A stretch of DNA of 64,000 bases from positions 6,309 to 70,308 of the IMG/VR virus record IMGVR_UViG_3300008262_000149. One strand, 5' to 3'. Source of the stretch: a virus. Shown here one piece after another: positions 17,709 through 27,142 of the stretch (position 1 is the stretch's first letter; every line of letters begins with the position of its first letter). The notes under the pieces were generated by a model. The model was not told where the DNA came from, did no database searches, and saw only the letters and a list, made by a program, of their open reading frames with translations. The translations under genes were made by a program, and so were the position numbers.

Positions 17709-18225
17709 TTTTACCACAGTGAGAACATGTTTTCTTAGTTCTATTTTTAGCACGTTCTCTTATTAATGTCAAGGTAGAATTTTTATGATTTTTACCGTAC
17801 ATAGGATTTTTTTCACCTGACACGTCTGCATGATTTTTTGATATATTAGACTTGTGCTTCTCAGAAAACTTCACACCCTTTTTAGCCATACTGACCTTTG
17901 TTCCTATAATCTTTTTCATTTTATCCTGATTAGGAAGACCAGAAAAAACAAAACCACCTTGGCCGCCTTTGGCTATATTATAGCACAGCGGATCTTTTAG
18001 GGCTTCTGTTGTTAATAGATTTTTTTCTTCAAAAATCATCTGCTCTTTCGTTTCATGAACAGATAATACTTCTTTTTTAAAATTTTCTAATCCGTACTTT
18101 TTAATAGCATTTTTAATTGCTAAACCAGAACCCATGTAGTTATCATTAAGATCTTGTGTTCCATGCATGCCAATATAGTATCTATTGTTAATTAGATTAG
18201 TAATTTTATAAATGATGTAGAACAT
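17620..18225 (-). CDS. GIY-YIG homing endonuclease (Seg-like)
   Basis: FYIIYKITN...YYIGMHG GIY-YIG motif; AGGAGG ribosome-binding site; TATAAATA late promoter 18 nt upstream. Confidence 0.8.
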   Translation of the reverse strand: MFYIIYKITNLINNRYYIGMHGTQDLNDNYMGSGLAIKNAIKKYGLENFKKEVLSVHETKEQMIFEEKNLLTTEALKDPLCYNIAKGGQGGFVFSGLPNQDKMKKIIGTKVSMAKKGVKFSEKHKSNISKNHADVSGEKNPMYGKNHKNSTLTLIRERAKNRTKKTCSHCGKNVDASNFKRWHGDNCKEYIIARQKLGLQP

Positions 18226-18242
18226 TTTTTCCTCCTACATTC

Positions 18243-18250
18243 TATTTATA
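18243..18250 (-). promoter_or_regulatory. T4-type late promoter TATAAATA
   Basis: Plus-strand tatttata, so TATAAATA on the minus strand, upstream of the homing endonuclease gene. Confidence 0.4.
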
Positions 18251-18269
18251 AATTGCATGAACTAGATAC

Positions 18270-19028
18270 TTAGGACATTCCTAATTTATGTCTAGCAACA
18301 ATATATCTTTTAACAATAGAACTTCTTACAATATCTTCTATCTGAAAATCAACAAATTCAAATTCAGGGATGTTTTGCAGAATTTTCATGAAGTTAATAA
18401 GACCAGAATATTCTTTTCTTCTTTCAGAAGAAAGATCGTCTTGCCTAAAATCACCGCAAAAAATAATTCTACAGTTCTTACCAATTCGGGTCATGACGCT
18501 ATGCAATTCTTGATCTGTCATATTTTGACATTCATCGACAATCACATAACAGTTGTTCAATGTAGTACCACGAACAAATGAGGTACTCATAAACTCCACT
18601 GCGTTCTTCTGCTTCAGAATATCGTAGGCATCTCCACGTTCGAACAACTCGTTGCAGATAGCGTAGTAAGGTGCTTCATAGACCTTCATCTTCTCTTTCT
18701 GAGATCCTGGCAGGAATCCCATGTCACGAGTCGGAACAACAGAACGAATCACATAGATCTTTTCTTGATCACTCGTACCAGACATCAAATCATTAATTGC
18801 CAGGTACATAGAAAGAAAAGTCTTGCCGGTACCTGCCATGCCGTGAAGCATCAGATGCTTACCACGTTGAAAGGCTTCGAATGTTTTCTTTTGATTGTCT
18901 GTAAGTGGATGAACTCGTTTCAAATTAAAATTAGGAGAACTAAACGTAGGTTTATTACTCAGTAGTTCGTGTTCTCCGTTTTGTCTTAGAATACGCTTCT
19001 GTCTCTTGGTAAGTCTTGCCTCAGTCAC
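18270..19028 (-). CDS. phoH: PhoH-like ATPase
   Basis: Walker A LHGMAGTGKTFL and PhoH-family architecture; GTG start. Confidence 0.85.
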   Translation of the reverse strand: MTEARLTKRQKRILRQNGEHELLSNKPTFSSPNFNLKRVHPLTDNQKKTFEAFQRGKHLMLHGMAGTGKTFLSMYLAINDLMSGTSDQEKIYVIRSVVPTRDMGFLPGSQKEKMKVYEAPYYAICNELFERGDAYDILKQKNAVEFMSTSFVRGTTLNNCYVIVDECQNMTDQELHSVMTRIGKNCRIIFCGDFRQDDLSSERRKEYSGLINFMKILQNIPEFEFVDFQIEDIVRSSIVKRYIVARHKLGMS

Positions 19029-19037
19029 GAATCATCC

Positions 19038-19337
19038 TTATTTTTTGTTTTTGGCTTTGTTAATGGCTTCGCGGGTTTTAGTAGCTTTGATACCCTTGTC
19101 TCCATACTGTTGACCAAGTGGAGAAGTTGGATTTGCGTTGCCAATCCTATTTAACAGGTCTTTAAATCCACCATCATTCTTGTGGGTGACACCGGCAATA
19201 CCAGAGATAAGAGCTGGAGCGCCGATGACCAATTCGGCATGTGGATTGTTCTTGAGATATTCTTCTCGACCAGACATTGAAAGGAACTCTTCCCAGGTTT
19301 CCCCGGTTTCTTTGTCCCTAAACTCATAGATTGGCAT
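19038..19337 (-). CDS. hypothetical protein with degenerate FmdB-like N-terminus
   Basis: MPIYEFRDKETGETWEEF resembles the FmdB zinc ribbon but lacks the cysteines. Confidence 0.35.
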   Translation of the reverse strand: MPIYEFRDKETGETWEEFLSMSGREEYLKNNPHAELVIGAPALISGIAGVTHKNDGGFKDLLNRIGNANPTSPLGQQYGDKGIKATKTREAINKAKNKK

Positions 19338-19339
19338 TA

Positions 19340-19504
19340 ATAATCTTCTTCGATTAGATCAAAAATTGCGTTTTTATTACGAGAGCGAAGTGCTGAACGA
19401 ATTCGCTTCTCTTTCAGTTTAGAGCCATGATCTTCGTAATGATCTTCGAAGTGATCATCATCATAGCCATAGTACTTGTTATTACGCTTGATTGACTTGC
19501 TCAT
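19340..19504 (-). CDS. small hypothetical protein
   Basis: About 54 aa; coordinates worked out by hand. Confidence 0.2.
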
Positions 19505-19913
19505 TGATTAGCCCTGGAAATGCTAGGTTAACGACTTTGGTGGAAATGGTACGAGGCAGCTTCTTGTCCTTGACTTTAATAAGAAGTTCGGCATCACGCT
19601 TGTCAATGGATTCAAGAAGATTAATAAACAACGTTTCTCGTTTCAGGCGAGTAAGTTCTGGCTTGTTACCAAGAAGATAGATGTAGAGGGTACGAGCTTC
19701 TTGATGAAGACGTCCTTCAACATCAAGGTACTCACATGGCTTGTACGGAGGAGCTCCTTCTGGAATTTCCCATACAACACCGGGTGTAAGTGCCAGTTCA
19801 AGGATATAACGAAGCGTTGTAGAATCGTTGTCGCGAAGATACTGAGCTCGATCCTCCACGCTTTCGATCTTAGATGCTGTGTCGATGATTTGTGCAATTG
19901 TTAGTCTTGGCAT
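19482..19913 (-). CDS. hypothetical protein
   Basis: Start ATG directly follows the rnh stop. Confidence 0.4.
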   Translation of the reverse strand: MPRLTIAQIIDTASKIESVEDRAQYLRDNDSTTLRYILELALTPGVVWEIPEGAPPYKPCEYLDVEGRLHQEARTLYIYLLGNKPELTRLKRETLFINLLESIDKRDAELLIKVKDKKLPRTISTKVVNLAFPGLINEQVNQA

Positions 19914-19914
19914 A

Positions 19915-20766
19915 TTAAAACTCATTAATGCTTTCAAGGAGGTTCTTAAGGCGCTTTTCAATGAAGTAGTTGAAGAGCTTACCGCGTCCCTTGCCAGCCT
20001 GAGCCTCATACTCAGTGACAATTTCTGAACGCAGCTTTTCGGGAATGAAGTTCAAATCAACGAGCTGCTGATTGCGAAGATAACCACGCAGCATGTTCTC
20101 GTCACAGAACTCGCGAGGGTCCATATTAATCCAGCTATCCAGCTTCTTCTGACTGAGTGGCTTCTGCCGACCGCCGATTACAAACGTATTGTCGGCAGAC
20201 AGGAAGTTAGGAATACCGTCACCGGTATCACCGCGCATGATGTGTTCCTTGACGAACCGATCAGGATCGTTAGTGGTGCGCCACTTCTTCTGAACCGGAT
20301 CGTACTGCTTGACATTCATGTACTTCTGCAACTGAACGAAGTCCTTGTCACCAGACATGATTAGGATCTTTTCAGAGGTATTTCCGAATGCATCAACAAG
20401 AGTACCAATGATGTCATCGGCTTCGGCACCATCAACCTGAATCACACGATAGGGGAAGTATTCCTTGAGTTCCTCACGAACCTTGCCCAGAGTGTCAAAG
20501 ATCTGAGCCCAGTTGAGTTCAGACTTCTCGCGGTTCTTACGGCGGTTGGCCTTGTAGTACGGAAAGATTTGCTTGCGCCAGTTATTACCAGCATCACACG
20601 CAATGATCATCTCACCGTATTCATTCTTGAACTTCTGGTTGTACGAACGAATCGAGTTGAGGATCATATGACGAAGAAGATCTTCTTCGAGTTCTGTATT
20701 TGTATGGTTTCCAAGTTGAACCATTAGGTTGGAAATCATCACCTGCGACAAATCAACAATAATCAT
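19915..20766 (-). CDS. rnh: RNase H (5'-3' exonuclease, FEN family)
   Basis: Matches T4 RNase H along its length (LILNSI, GDKDF, NVKQ, C-terminal LESINEF versus T4 LTNSINEF). Confidence 0.85.
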   Translation of the reverse strand: MIIVDLSQVMISNLMVQLGNHTNTELEEDLLRHMILNSIRSYNQKFKNEYGEMIIACDAGNNWRKQIFPYYKANRRKNREKSELNWAQIFDTLGKVREELKEYFPYRVIQVDGAEADDIIGTLVDAFGNTSEKILIMSGDKDFVQLQKYMNVKQYDPVQKKWRTTNDPDRFVKEHIMRGDTGDGIPNFLSADNTFVIGGRQKPLSQKKLDSWINMDPREFCDENMLRGYLRNQQLVDLNFIPEKLRSEIVTEYEAQAGKGRGKLFNYFIEKRLKNLLESINEF

Positions 20767-20772
20767 GATAAA

Positions 20773-21147
20773 TTACTCTTCATCCTTTGGGAATTTATAA
20801 GTGTACGAAACGCTATTGTCTTCATTATAATTAAAATCAAAAATAGTATCAACCATCTCATGGAAAGAATGCGGAAGTTTGTATTGACGACTTACCATGG
20901 ACTTGATTGATTCCATGATCATGGCGACGTCTTTAATGTACTCATCTGAGTTGATGTCAAGACCATAAGAACCGAACAGATGAATGAGATCCGGAATAAG
21001 ATCCATCATCACACCTTCTACGTGTTCTTTTCGGTTCTGAGTGACCTGACCGACGATCTCTTCTAGAGACTGAGGAGGGGAATCTTTTTTGAATCCAGGA
21101 AAAAGAACAACGTTGTCTGTCACTTGACTACCCTTAGCAGAATGCAT
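20773..21147 (-). CDS. hypothetical protein
   Basis: 124 aa. Confidence 0.3.
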   Translation of the reverse strand: MHSAKGSQVTDNVVLFPGFKKDSPPQSLEEIVGQVTQNRKEHVEGVMMDLIPDLIHLFGSYGLDINSDEYIKDVAMIMESIKSMVSRQYKLPHSFHEMVDTIFDFNYNEDNSVSYTYKFPKDEE

Positions 21148-22202
21148 TCTTGGTTGAGTCGGCCATTAGGCTTGCTTTCCGCGGTCTTTATATTTGACAT
21201 AAACGACCTCAGACCAACCTTGCCGGCTGACAAGAGTGCCGTCAGGGATTCTCCGGGCTTTCGTAGAGTCTTCGATGTACTGGATTCTACATCCCATCCA
21301 GTAAGAGTCGTTCCCTTGACTTGAATACCCGCAGGTCCCACTGCTAGGTACTGAGTCAGCTTGCGATACTTGGTGTTGTACACCCATAGCTGTTGACATC
21401 CAATAATTTCGGCCGGATGAACCGACACAATCTTCAGAGAAGGTTCTTCCTTCTGGAACTTCAGGTTCTTCACCAGATCGACGGCCGGCTTGACCTTTTT
21501 CTCTCGTGGCTTACGGACCTTTACCGCCTTCTTGTTATTTATATATCGATCGATCAAAAGTACAAACTCTTCCCAGTACTTTTTGAGGCGAGCACGAGAC
21601 TTCTTCATGGCAGGAGTATCATACTCATCCGGCTCATGATCATTCGCATGTTTCGAGTAGTACTCACGGATTGCGTTTGCTGCCTGAGGTGACACTTCTT
21701 TGGCAACAAGCCAATCATACACATTGAAGTCAGGAACGGTGTCAATGGCTTCTTCGCAGGCAGTAATCAGATTGTGAATCTTAGACTGTACACGATCCTG
21801 GATGCTCACAGCCGGCTTTGGCGATTCGTCTACTTCCTCACGAATCGCCGATGCCAACCGGACCAGCTCCTTGACGCTATTGTCAAAGTAGTCGAGATTC
21901 TTCTGCGGCAGCTCGTTTCCGTTCATGATGATACGAGCAACATTGCCAAGAGTCTTTGAGATCTTGTACTTTGGAAGCCGACGCAGAGCAGACACATCAC
22001 TCTTGGTATACGTCTTCTTGACATACGTGAAGAACCAGTCTCGCGACTGGTCATCATCACTCATATAGTTGTACCAGTTCAGAGCATCACCAAGGTTGGT
22101 TACCTGAATCGGTTCAGGACCGTAAGCCCTTTCATCCAAGGTCTTGATAGCCGACCGAGACATCTGCTTCGGCTTCGGCTTGGTCTTAATCTTGATAGCC
22201 AT
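21120..22202 (-). CDS. hypothetical protein
   Basis: 360 aa, no motif recognised. Confidence 0.4.
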   Translation of the reverse strand: MAIKIKTKPKPKQMSRSAIKTLDERAYGPEPIQVTNLGDALNWYNYMSDDDQSRDWFFTYVKKTYTKSDVSALRRLPKYKISKTLGNVARIIMNGNELPQKNLDYFDNSVKELVRLASAIREEVDESPKPAVSIQDRVQSKIHNLITACEEAIDTVPDFNVYDWLVAKEVSPQAANAIREYYSKHANDHEPDEYDTPAMKKSRARLKKYWEEFVLLIDRYINNKKAVKVRKPREKKVKPAVDLVKNLKFQKEEPSLKIVSVHPAEIIGCQQLWVYNTKYRKLTQYLAVGPAGIQVKGTTLTGWDVESSTSKTLRKPGESLTALLSAGKVGLRSFMSNIKTAESKPNGRLNQECILLRVVK

Positions 22203-22325
22203 CGGTATCCACCTTCTTTACACGACGAAACGATCCCTTGCCTTTCTTGGCAGGGATCGCTTTAGGCTTATTCACCCGGCCGACTGCCCGAGCAATAGGA
22301 TTTCGAGATTTGAGTTTCTGTTTCA
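22202..22325 (-). CDS. small basic hypothetical protein
   Basis: About 41 aa; directly downstream of an early promoter. Confidence 0.2.
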
Positions 22326-22333
22326 TAATATTC

Positions 22334-22362
22334 AGTATATTACGTAACATAAAAAATGTACA
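22334..22362 (-). promoter_or_regulatory. early promoter TGTACA-N17-TATACT
   Basis: repeated promoter family. Confidence 0.45.
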
Positions 22363-22365
22363 CAA

Positions 22366-22950
22366 CTATTTTTGTCTGATGTACTTTGCGATCATGTGCA
22401 TGATTGCCTGATGGACATCTTCAGTGGCCTCATACTCATCGCAATCAACATGAATAGAAATGTCGGCCAGTCGTGCACACCAGTTATCTGGCGACATACC
22501 AGTCAGAGCAATGGTTTTCATTTTCTTTAGCCGTGCCATTTCAATCGCTTTAACAACATTAGGCGAGTTGCCGCTCGACGAGATTGCAACCAACACGTCG
22601 CCTTCCTGGCCAAATGACTCAAGCTGAAATGAATAAACATCGTCATAGGAGATATCATTTGAGATTGCCGTCATGAGAGGGATGTTAGCTGCCAGCGAAA
22701 TGACTCTTGGAACTACACCGCCCTTACGGCAACCCTTGGTATAGTCACATGCCCAGTGTTGTGCAATCGCTGCTGATGCACCGTTACCAATAGTATAGAT
22801 GTTTCTTCTGTGATTTGATAAGCTGGTCAAAAAGAGAAGTTCTGCTGCTCTCTTGAACTGAACAACATCAATACTATCAAAGGCCTTGAGTACTTTTTCT
22901 CTGTGCTCAGTAAGGATATCAGTCGCGGTAAACAACTTTTGCTCCTTCAT
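22366..22950 (-). CDS. SIS-domain sugar-phosphate isomerase (GmhA / sedoheptulose-7-phosphate isomerase-like)
   Basis: IGNGASAAIAQHWACDY plus a distal SIS motif. Confidence 0.7.
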   Translation of the reverse strand: MKEQKLFTATDILTEHREKVLKAFDSIDVVQFKRAAELLFLTSLSNHRRNIYTIGNGASAAIAQHWACDYTKGCRKGGVVPRVISLAANIPLMTAISNDISYDDVYSFQLESFGQEGDVLVAISSSGNSPNVVKAIEMARLKKMKTIALTGMSPDNWCARLADISIHVDCDEYEATEDVHQAIMHMIAKYIRQK

Positions 22951-23869
22951 GTGAAATTCCTATGTCTAGACACGTGCGGTCTGAAAACTCTTTTCGAATT
23001 GCATTCTTTGATTCTGTGAGAGCTAGCATATATCCACCGCCACCAGCTCCGAGTAGTTTGGCACCAAGTGCACCTACGGCTTGACACCGTTCGTACATAC
23101 TATCTATCTCATCATTCGAGATCTCATCAGACATTTGTTTCTTGAGTATCCATGCCGAGTTGAGCAACCGACCATACTCATTTGGATTCACCGGTTGCGT
23201 GGCCTGCATCTCTGCCATATGGGCCAACTCACGAATCACAAAGGTCTTGGCTTCAAAGTTAATCGTATCAAGAATCTTGGCCGCGTGGTGCTCTATGTTC
23301 GTAGGAACCAGAATAAGCCAATTTTCAAGTGCATTCGAATCCAAGCGTTTTACGTCTACACGACCATTGCCAAGTTCATTCGAATAACGAATGTAGTTCA
23401 TGCCACCGAATGCAGAAGCAAACTGATCTTGCATACCGATCTTCCAACCACAGAGGTCAATCTCGATATGACACGCAGTCTTGGCAATACCATATGGATT
23501 CATATACTCATAGCCAAGATATGCACTCAGAGCTTTGACAAGAGCACAAGTAAAGGCAGACGATCCACCAAGACCATTACCGATCGTGGGGATGTCTGCG
23601 AATGATGTGATTTCAATGTTGGACTTGATACCAAAGAACTTCAATGCGTTACGGACGATTTCATTCTGAATTTCGTCTACGTGCTCTACGCACTCTTGCT
23701 TTGAATAGGAGACTTTGATATGATTATGAGGTGTGTGCATGACAGCTACGTAGACATACTTATCGATAGCAGTCGAGATTGTAGCTCCACCCCATTGGGC
23801 GAAGTGGGCGGGGATATCACTACCCCCGCCAAAGAACGAGACTCTAAGCGGCGCTTTTGCCAAGATCAC
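22919..23869 (-). CDS. GHMP-family sugar kinase (HddA-like heptose-7-phosphate kinase)
   Basis: PLRVSFFGGGSD and IPTIGNGLGGSSAFTCALVKA GHMP motifs. Confidence 0.7.
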   Translation of the reverse strand: MILAKAPLRVSFFGGGSDIPAHFAQWGGATISTAIDKYVYVAVMHTPHNHIKVSYSKQECVEHVDEIQNEIVRNALKFFGIKSNIEITSFADIPTIGNGLGGSSAFTCALVKALSAYLGYEYMNPYGIAKTACHIEIDLCGWKIGMQDQFASAFGGMNYIRYSNELGNGRVDVKRLDSNALENWLILVPTNIEHHAAKILDTINFEAKTFVIRELAHMAEMQATQPVNPNEYGRLLNSAWILKKQMSDEISNDEIDSMYERCQAVGALGAKLLGAGGGGYMLALTESKNAIRKEFSDRTCLDIGISHEGAKVVYRD

Positions 23870-24752
23870 GGTGTTGTTCCTTCAATGATGCAATCAGTCC
23901 TTTCCACTTCGGCATGATCGACTCCCAAGAGAATCGAGTATCGGCGTATGCCTTGATGAACGTGAGAAGGTTTGTCAGGTCGCCATCATATTGTACAGTC
24001 AGCCCGGCTGAAGTATCAGTAAGAGCAGAGAAGTTAGGGTGAACAGCCAAACAACCAGCAGACATAGCCTCGATAAGAGATCTGCATGACGTTTCAGGCC
24101 AGATACAAGGGTACGCAAAGATGTGAGCCTTTTGATAGGCGGCACGAACTGTCTCCTGATCCGCCCAACCGTGGTAGTTAATTTGTGGATGGTCTCTCAT
24201 CTTCTGGAAGAGAGGTTCATACTGTGCATCTCGGCCTTCCCAATTCTTACCATAGATACCGAACGAACTAAACACGTCGAGTTCAATATTAGGATACTTT
24301 TCAGCTAGAGCGCAAAATACAGGAACCAGAATCTCCAGTCCACGATGAGGTGTGGACGTATAAATGAGGCGTATTTTGTCCTTTGGCTTTTCAACGAGAG
24401 GAATTGGTTCGACACCTGTTTCAATAACGCACGATTGGTGGCTATATGGAACTCCAAGATAGTCACGATATTGCTGATACTGCCAGTTGCTGCTAAAGAC
24501 CAACTTGTGGAAGCGAGCTCGAGAAGCTGGGTCTTTAAGGTGTTCAGCTTCTGGATCGAGAGCAAGATCATGTAGGTGGTAGATTCTAATTCGCTCAGGA
24601 TCCAACTCGCGGACGCGAGCAGTGATAATTTGGATTCCATCGAGCTCATCACGAGTAAGTCGGTGGAAGAGATTTCGAGTGGTGAGTTCTGTTCCACCGT
24701 TCGACTCCTTGTTGAGCTCATTCAATTCAATTAGGTCTTGATTATTCATCAT
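23844..24752 (-). CDS. glycosyltransferase family 1 (GT4-like)
   Basis: C-terminal ETSCRSLIEAMSAGCLAV motif; start ATGATGAATAA overlaps the HAD gene stop. Confidence 0.6.
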   Translation of the reverse strand: MMNNQDLIELNELNKESNGGTELTTRNLFHRLTRDELDGIQIITARVRELDPERIRIYHLHDLALDPEAEHLKDPASRARFHKLVFSSNWQYQQYRDYLGVPYSHQSCVIETGVEPIPLVEKPKDKIRLIYTSTPHRGLEILVPVFCALAEKYPNIELDVFSSFGIYGKNWEGRDAQYEPLFQKMRDHPQINYHGWADQETVRAAYQKAHIFAYPCIWPETSCRSLIEAMSAGCLAVHPNFSALTDTSAGLTVQYDGDLTNLLTFIKAYADTRFSWESIMPKWKGLIASLKEQHRDLGKSAA

Positions 24753-25089
24753 TGTATCCAGTAAGTTCAAAATCGCGGTCTGCATGGAAAAAGAATTCTC
24801 TGTCATTAAAAGCCTTGTCATCGACCCAAACATCGTATGATGGCTTTCCTAGACGGATTTCGTGGAACTTGCAGCCCCAATCGTTGAGTTGTTTGTGGGT
24901 GAGTTCGGTCCAGTCAATTCCCGATCCTGAACCACGGGCCGTCCAATAAATGATCGTTGCGCCCTGATCGTATAGTTTATTTATATGATCAATGCGATGC
25001 TTCATAGGAACAGACTGATCATAATGATGAACACCATCAATTAATGGAGTGTAACAGATAGTCTGATCAATATCTACTATGAAGATCAT
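24742..25089 (-). CDS. HAD-superfamily phosphatase (GmhB-like)
   Basis: DxD motif IVDIDQTIC at the N-terminus. Confidence 0.5.
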   Translation of the reverse strand: MIFIVDIDQTICYTPLIDGVHHYDQSVPMKHRIDHINKLYDQGATIIYWTARGSGSGIDWTELTHKQLNDWGCKFHEIRLGKPSYDVWVDDKAFNDREFFFHADRDFELTGYNDE

Positions 25090-25367
25090 GCTGTGAATCC
25101 AATAACCGAGTCGTAACGAAACGATCTCCAACCTTCGTTCTCAAGGTCCCACACGGCTTGTACATTTGGATTCGAATGCACTGGCTTCAATGTATCTTCT
25201 TTATGGGGAAGAAGATCTGGCTTGAGTGTGCAGCGCATCTTGCGCTCCGTACCATCCTTCTTTATAAAGAGAACCTCTACTGTTCCGTTATGAAGGGCTT
25301 CCTTTAGGAATTCATTCTGCCAGGAAGTGCTGTTCTGGTCGGTTGTAGTATTCAACGAGTCTGTCAT
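25086..25367 (-). CDS. hypothetical protein
   Basis: Start uncertain. Confidence 0.25.
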   Translation of the reverse strand: MTDSLNTTTDQNSTSWQNEFLKEALHNGTVEVLFIKKDGTERKMRCTLKPDLLPHKEDTLKPVHSNPNVQAVWDLENEGWRSFRYDSVIGFTA

Positions 25368-25563
25368 AACCACCCACTCTTTCTTCATCAATAATAATAA
25401 AAGGAACTGTTTTCACGTCTGGAAAGATGCTAATAAATTCTTCACGAGTTAGATCGACACCGATCTTCATTTCTTCGTAAGTCTGGCCTTTCAAAGAAAA
25501 CAAGTTCTTTGCCTGAACACAATATGGACAATTATCTTTTGTGTAGATAACAACCTTATTCAT
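25312..25563 (-). CDS. glutaredoxin (NrdC-like)
   Basis: CPYC active site in MNKVVIYTKDNCPYCVQAK. Confidence 0.75.
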   Translation of the reverse strand: MNKVVIYTKDNCPYCVQAKNLFSLKGQTYEEMKIGVDLTREEFISIFPDVKTVPFIIIDEERVGGYDRLVEYYNRPEQHFLAE

Positions 25564-25822
25564 CTGAACTCTTTCCTCTGTAAATATTTGCTGTTGAACG
25601 AGGATCGCCATAAACTTCGTTGGCACGCTTCCTCACCCAAGCCATGTTCTTAGCAGGACCAGGAACAGTTACCCAGGGGTTCAGTCCCTTCTTCCAAGCA
25701 GCAAGCTTGTTCACAGCCTTTTGAAGTGGCGTACGATCAGCACGAACTTCCTTTACACCATTTACAATCGAACGGCGCTGACCCCTCGAAGTCAATGTCT
25801 TACGTAATCTCTTTTTACCCAT
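25556..25822 (-). CDS. basic hypothetical protein
   Basis: 88 aa. Confidence 0.3.
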   Translation of the reverse strand: MGKKRLRKTLTSRGQRRSIVNGVKEVRADRTPLQKAVNKLAAWKKGLNPWVTVPGPAKNMAWVRKRANEVYGDPRSTANIYRGKSSDE

Positions 25823-25831
25823 TATATAACC

Positions 25832-25924
25832 TCACTTATTCTTGCGCGCAGCACGTGCTTTACGCTTTGTCGATCCGATTTTACGACGTCCCTTACGAGG
25901 ACGATTCTTTGAAGGATGTGGCAT
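25832..25924 (-). CDS. small highly basic peptide (ribosomal-protein-like composition)
   Basis: About 30 aa, MPHPSKNRPRKGRRKIGSTKRKARAARKNK; GAGGTG ribosome-binding site. Confidence 0.25.
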   Translation of the reverse strand: MPHPSKNRPRKGRRKIGSTKRKARAARKNK

Positions 25925-25931
25925 ATTCACC

Positions 25932-26288
25932 TCAGCTATTTAGTAATGATAAAGCGATAATTATTAGAACGGCCCAACCGAAAAGACCAAGAGATGCATT
26001 CTTGGAATTTCTGCGCCTGGGCATTTTTGCTTTTGGCGGCTTTTTGGTTTTTGTTACCGGATTCAGGAGGGTGGTTTTTCTCCACCCGCCTGCATTTGTA
26101 GTGACATAGTGTTTTGTGCGGCCATTACTGCCGCTACCAAAAGATGTACTGGTTGTAAGTCTTTGAGTCTTAGATCCTGTACTTCTAGAAGAAGTTTGCC
26201 GCGTAGTGCCTTTATTGGTAATGGTTCTAGTGCTTGTGGTTCTAGAACCCTTTCCGGTCGACCGCGTAGTTCTTTTCGTATATCCCAT
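25932..26288 (-). CDS. Ser/Thr/Arg-rich low-complexity protein with C-terminal membrane anchor
   Basis: 118 aa. Confidence 0.35.
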   Translation of the reverse strand: MGYTKRTTRSTGKGSRTTSTRTITNKGTTRQTSSRSTGSKTQRLTTSTSFGSGSNGRTKHYVTTNAGGWRKTTLLNPVTKTKKPPKAKMPRRRNSKNASLGLFGWAVLIIIALSLLNS

Positions 26289-26294
26289 TATATA

Positions 26295-26720
26295 TCACGT
26301 TTTCTGAATTAAAGACAACTCTTTTTCTCTGTCAATATACTTATACTCTACTTTTGTAGGACCCCAGGACTCAATTGCAGCAAACACATCATCAATATTG
26401 AGTGCGCTACAAGTATAGACGTCCAGTTGAGCAAGTGCTGGTTCACACTCATCCCAAACATGAAGAGCAATATGACTGGTTTCAATAATAGTGACTGCGG
26501 TCAAACCGCGGTTGCCAACCATATCTGAATAAACTGAATATGGACCCATGAGGATCTTCATATCAATTGCTTCGACGAGCTTTCGCATCCACACATCAAT
26601 GGCTGTAGTGCATTGCGGAGGATTATCTAATTCTGCTCTTACGATTAAGTGCTTGTGTTCTAGTACCTTACCCACCTCATAAAGTCTCCTGTTCGGGGTT
26701 AAAGAGTAGAGCCTTGACAT
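26295..26720 (-). CDS. speH: S-adenosylmethionine decarboxylase proenzyme (SpeH/SpeD class 1b)
   Basis: GPYSVYSDMVGNRGLTAVTIIETSHIALHVWDE motif. Confidence 0.7.
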   Translation of the reverse strand: MSRLYSLTPNRRLYEVGKVLEHKHLIVRAELDNPPQCTTAIDVWMRKLVEAIDMKILMGPYSVYSDMVGNRGLTAVTIIETSHIALHVWDECEPALAQLDVYTCSALNIDDVFAAIESWGPTKVEYKYIDREKELSLIQKT

Positions 26721-26925
26721 GACTCGCTTGAATCTTACAACTTACCCAGTTATTGTAAAATTTTGGATCTAGTATTGCATCATGATCAAAAATATACTTT
26801 GTTTCAAAGTAATTGCACTCACCACGAGATTTACATAAACGAAGAATAGTTCGTTTGAAGTTCTCTTTGCCAAGCTTTTCTATGTCTGCCTTTAAGGCTA
26901 TTCCATAACAAGCGGAAAGATTTAT

Positions 26926-27063
26926 TTATTCGTCTTCATCTTCATCATCAAGAAGTTCTTCTGGGAGATCCTCACCGCAGTAAGGACAGAAGAGAGGAGA
27001 AAGTGTGCAGTCTGATACTAATTTAAATTCCTCCTCGCAGGAGGGGCAAGTTGTCCAATCCAT
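26926..27063 (-). CDS. small zinc-ribbon protein with acidic tail
   Basis: CPSC...CPYC pairs; AAGGAAAA ribosome-binding site. Confidence 0.35.
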   Translation of the reverse strand: MDWTTCPSCEEEFKLVSDCTLSPLFCPYCGEDLPEELLDDEDEDE

Positions 27064-27078
27064 TAAATGTGTTTTCCT

Positions 27079-27086
27079 TATAAATA
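27079..27086 (+). promoter_or_regulatory. T4-type late promoter TATAAATA
   Basis: 57 nt upstream of the plus-strand GIY-YIG gene. Confidence 0.4.
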
Positions 27087-27142
27087 AGTGTGGTTCGCGG
27101 TCTCGTACACCCAACCACTCTAATGCCATTGGGAGCACCAGC

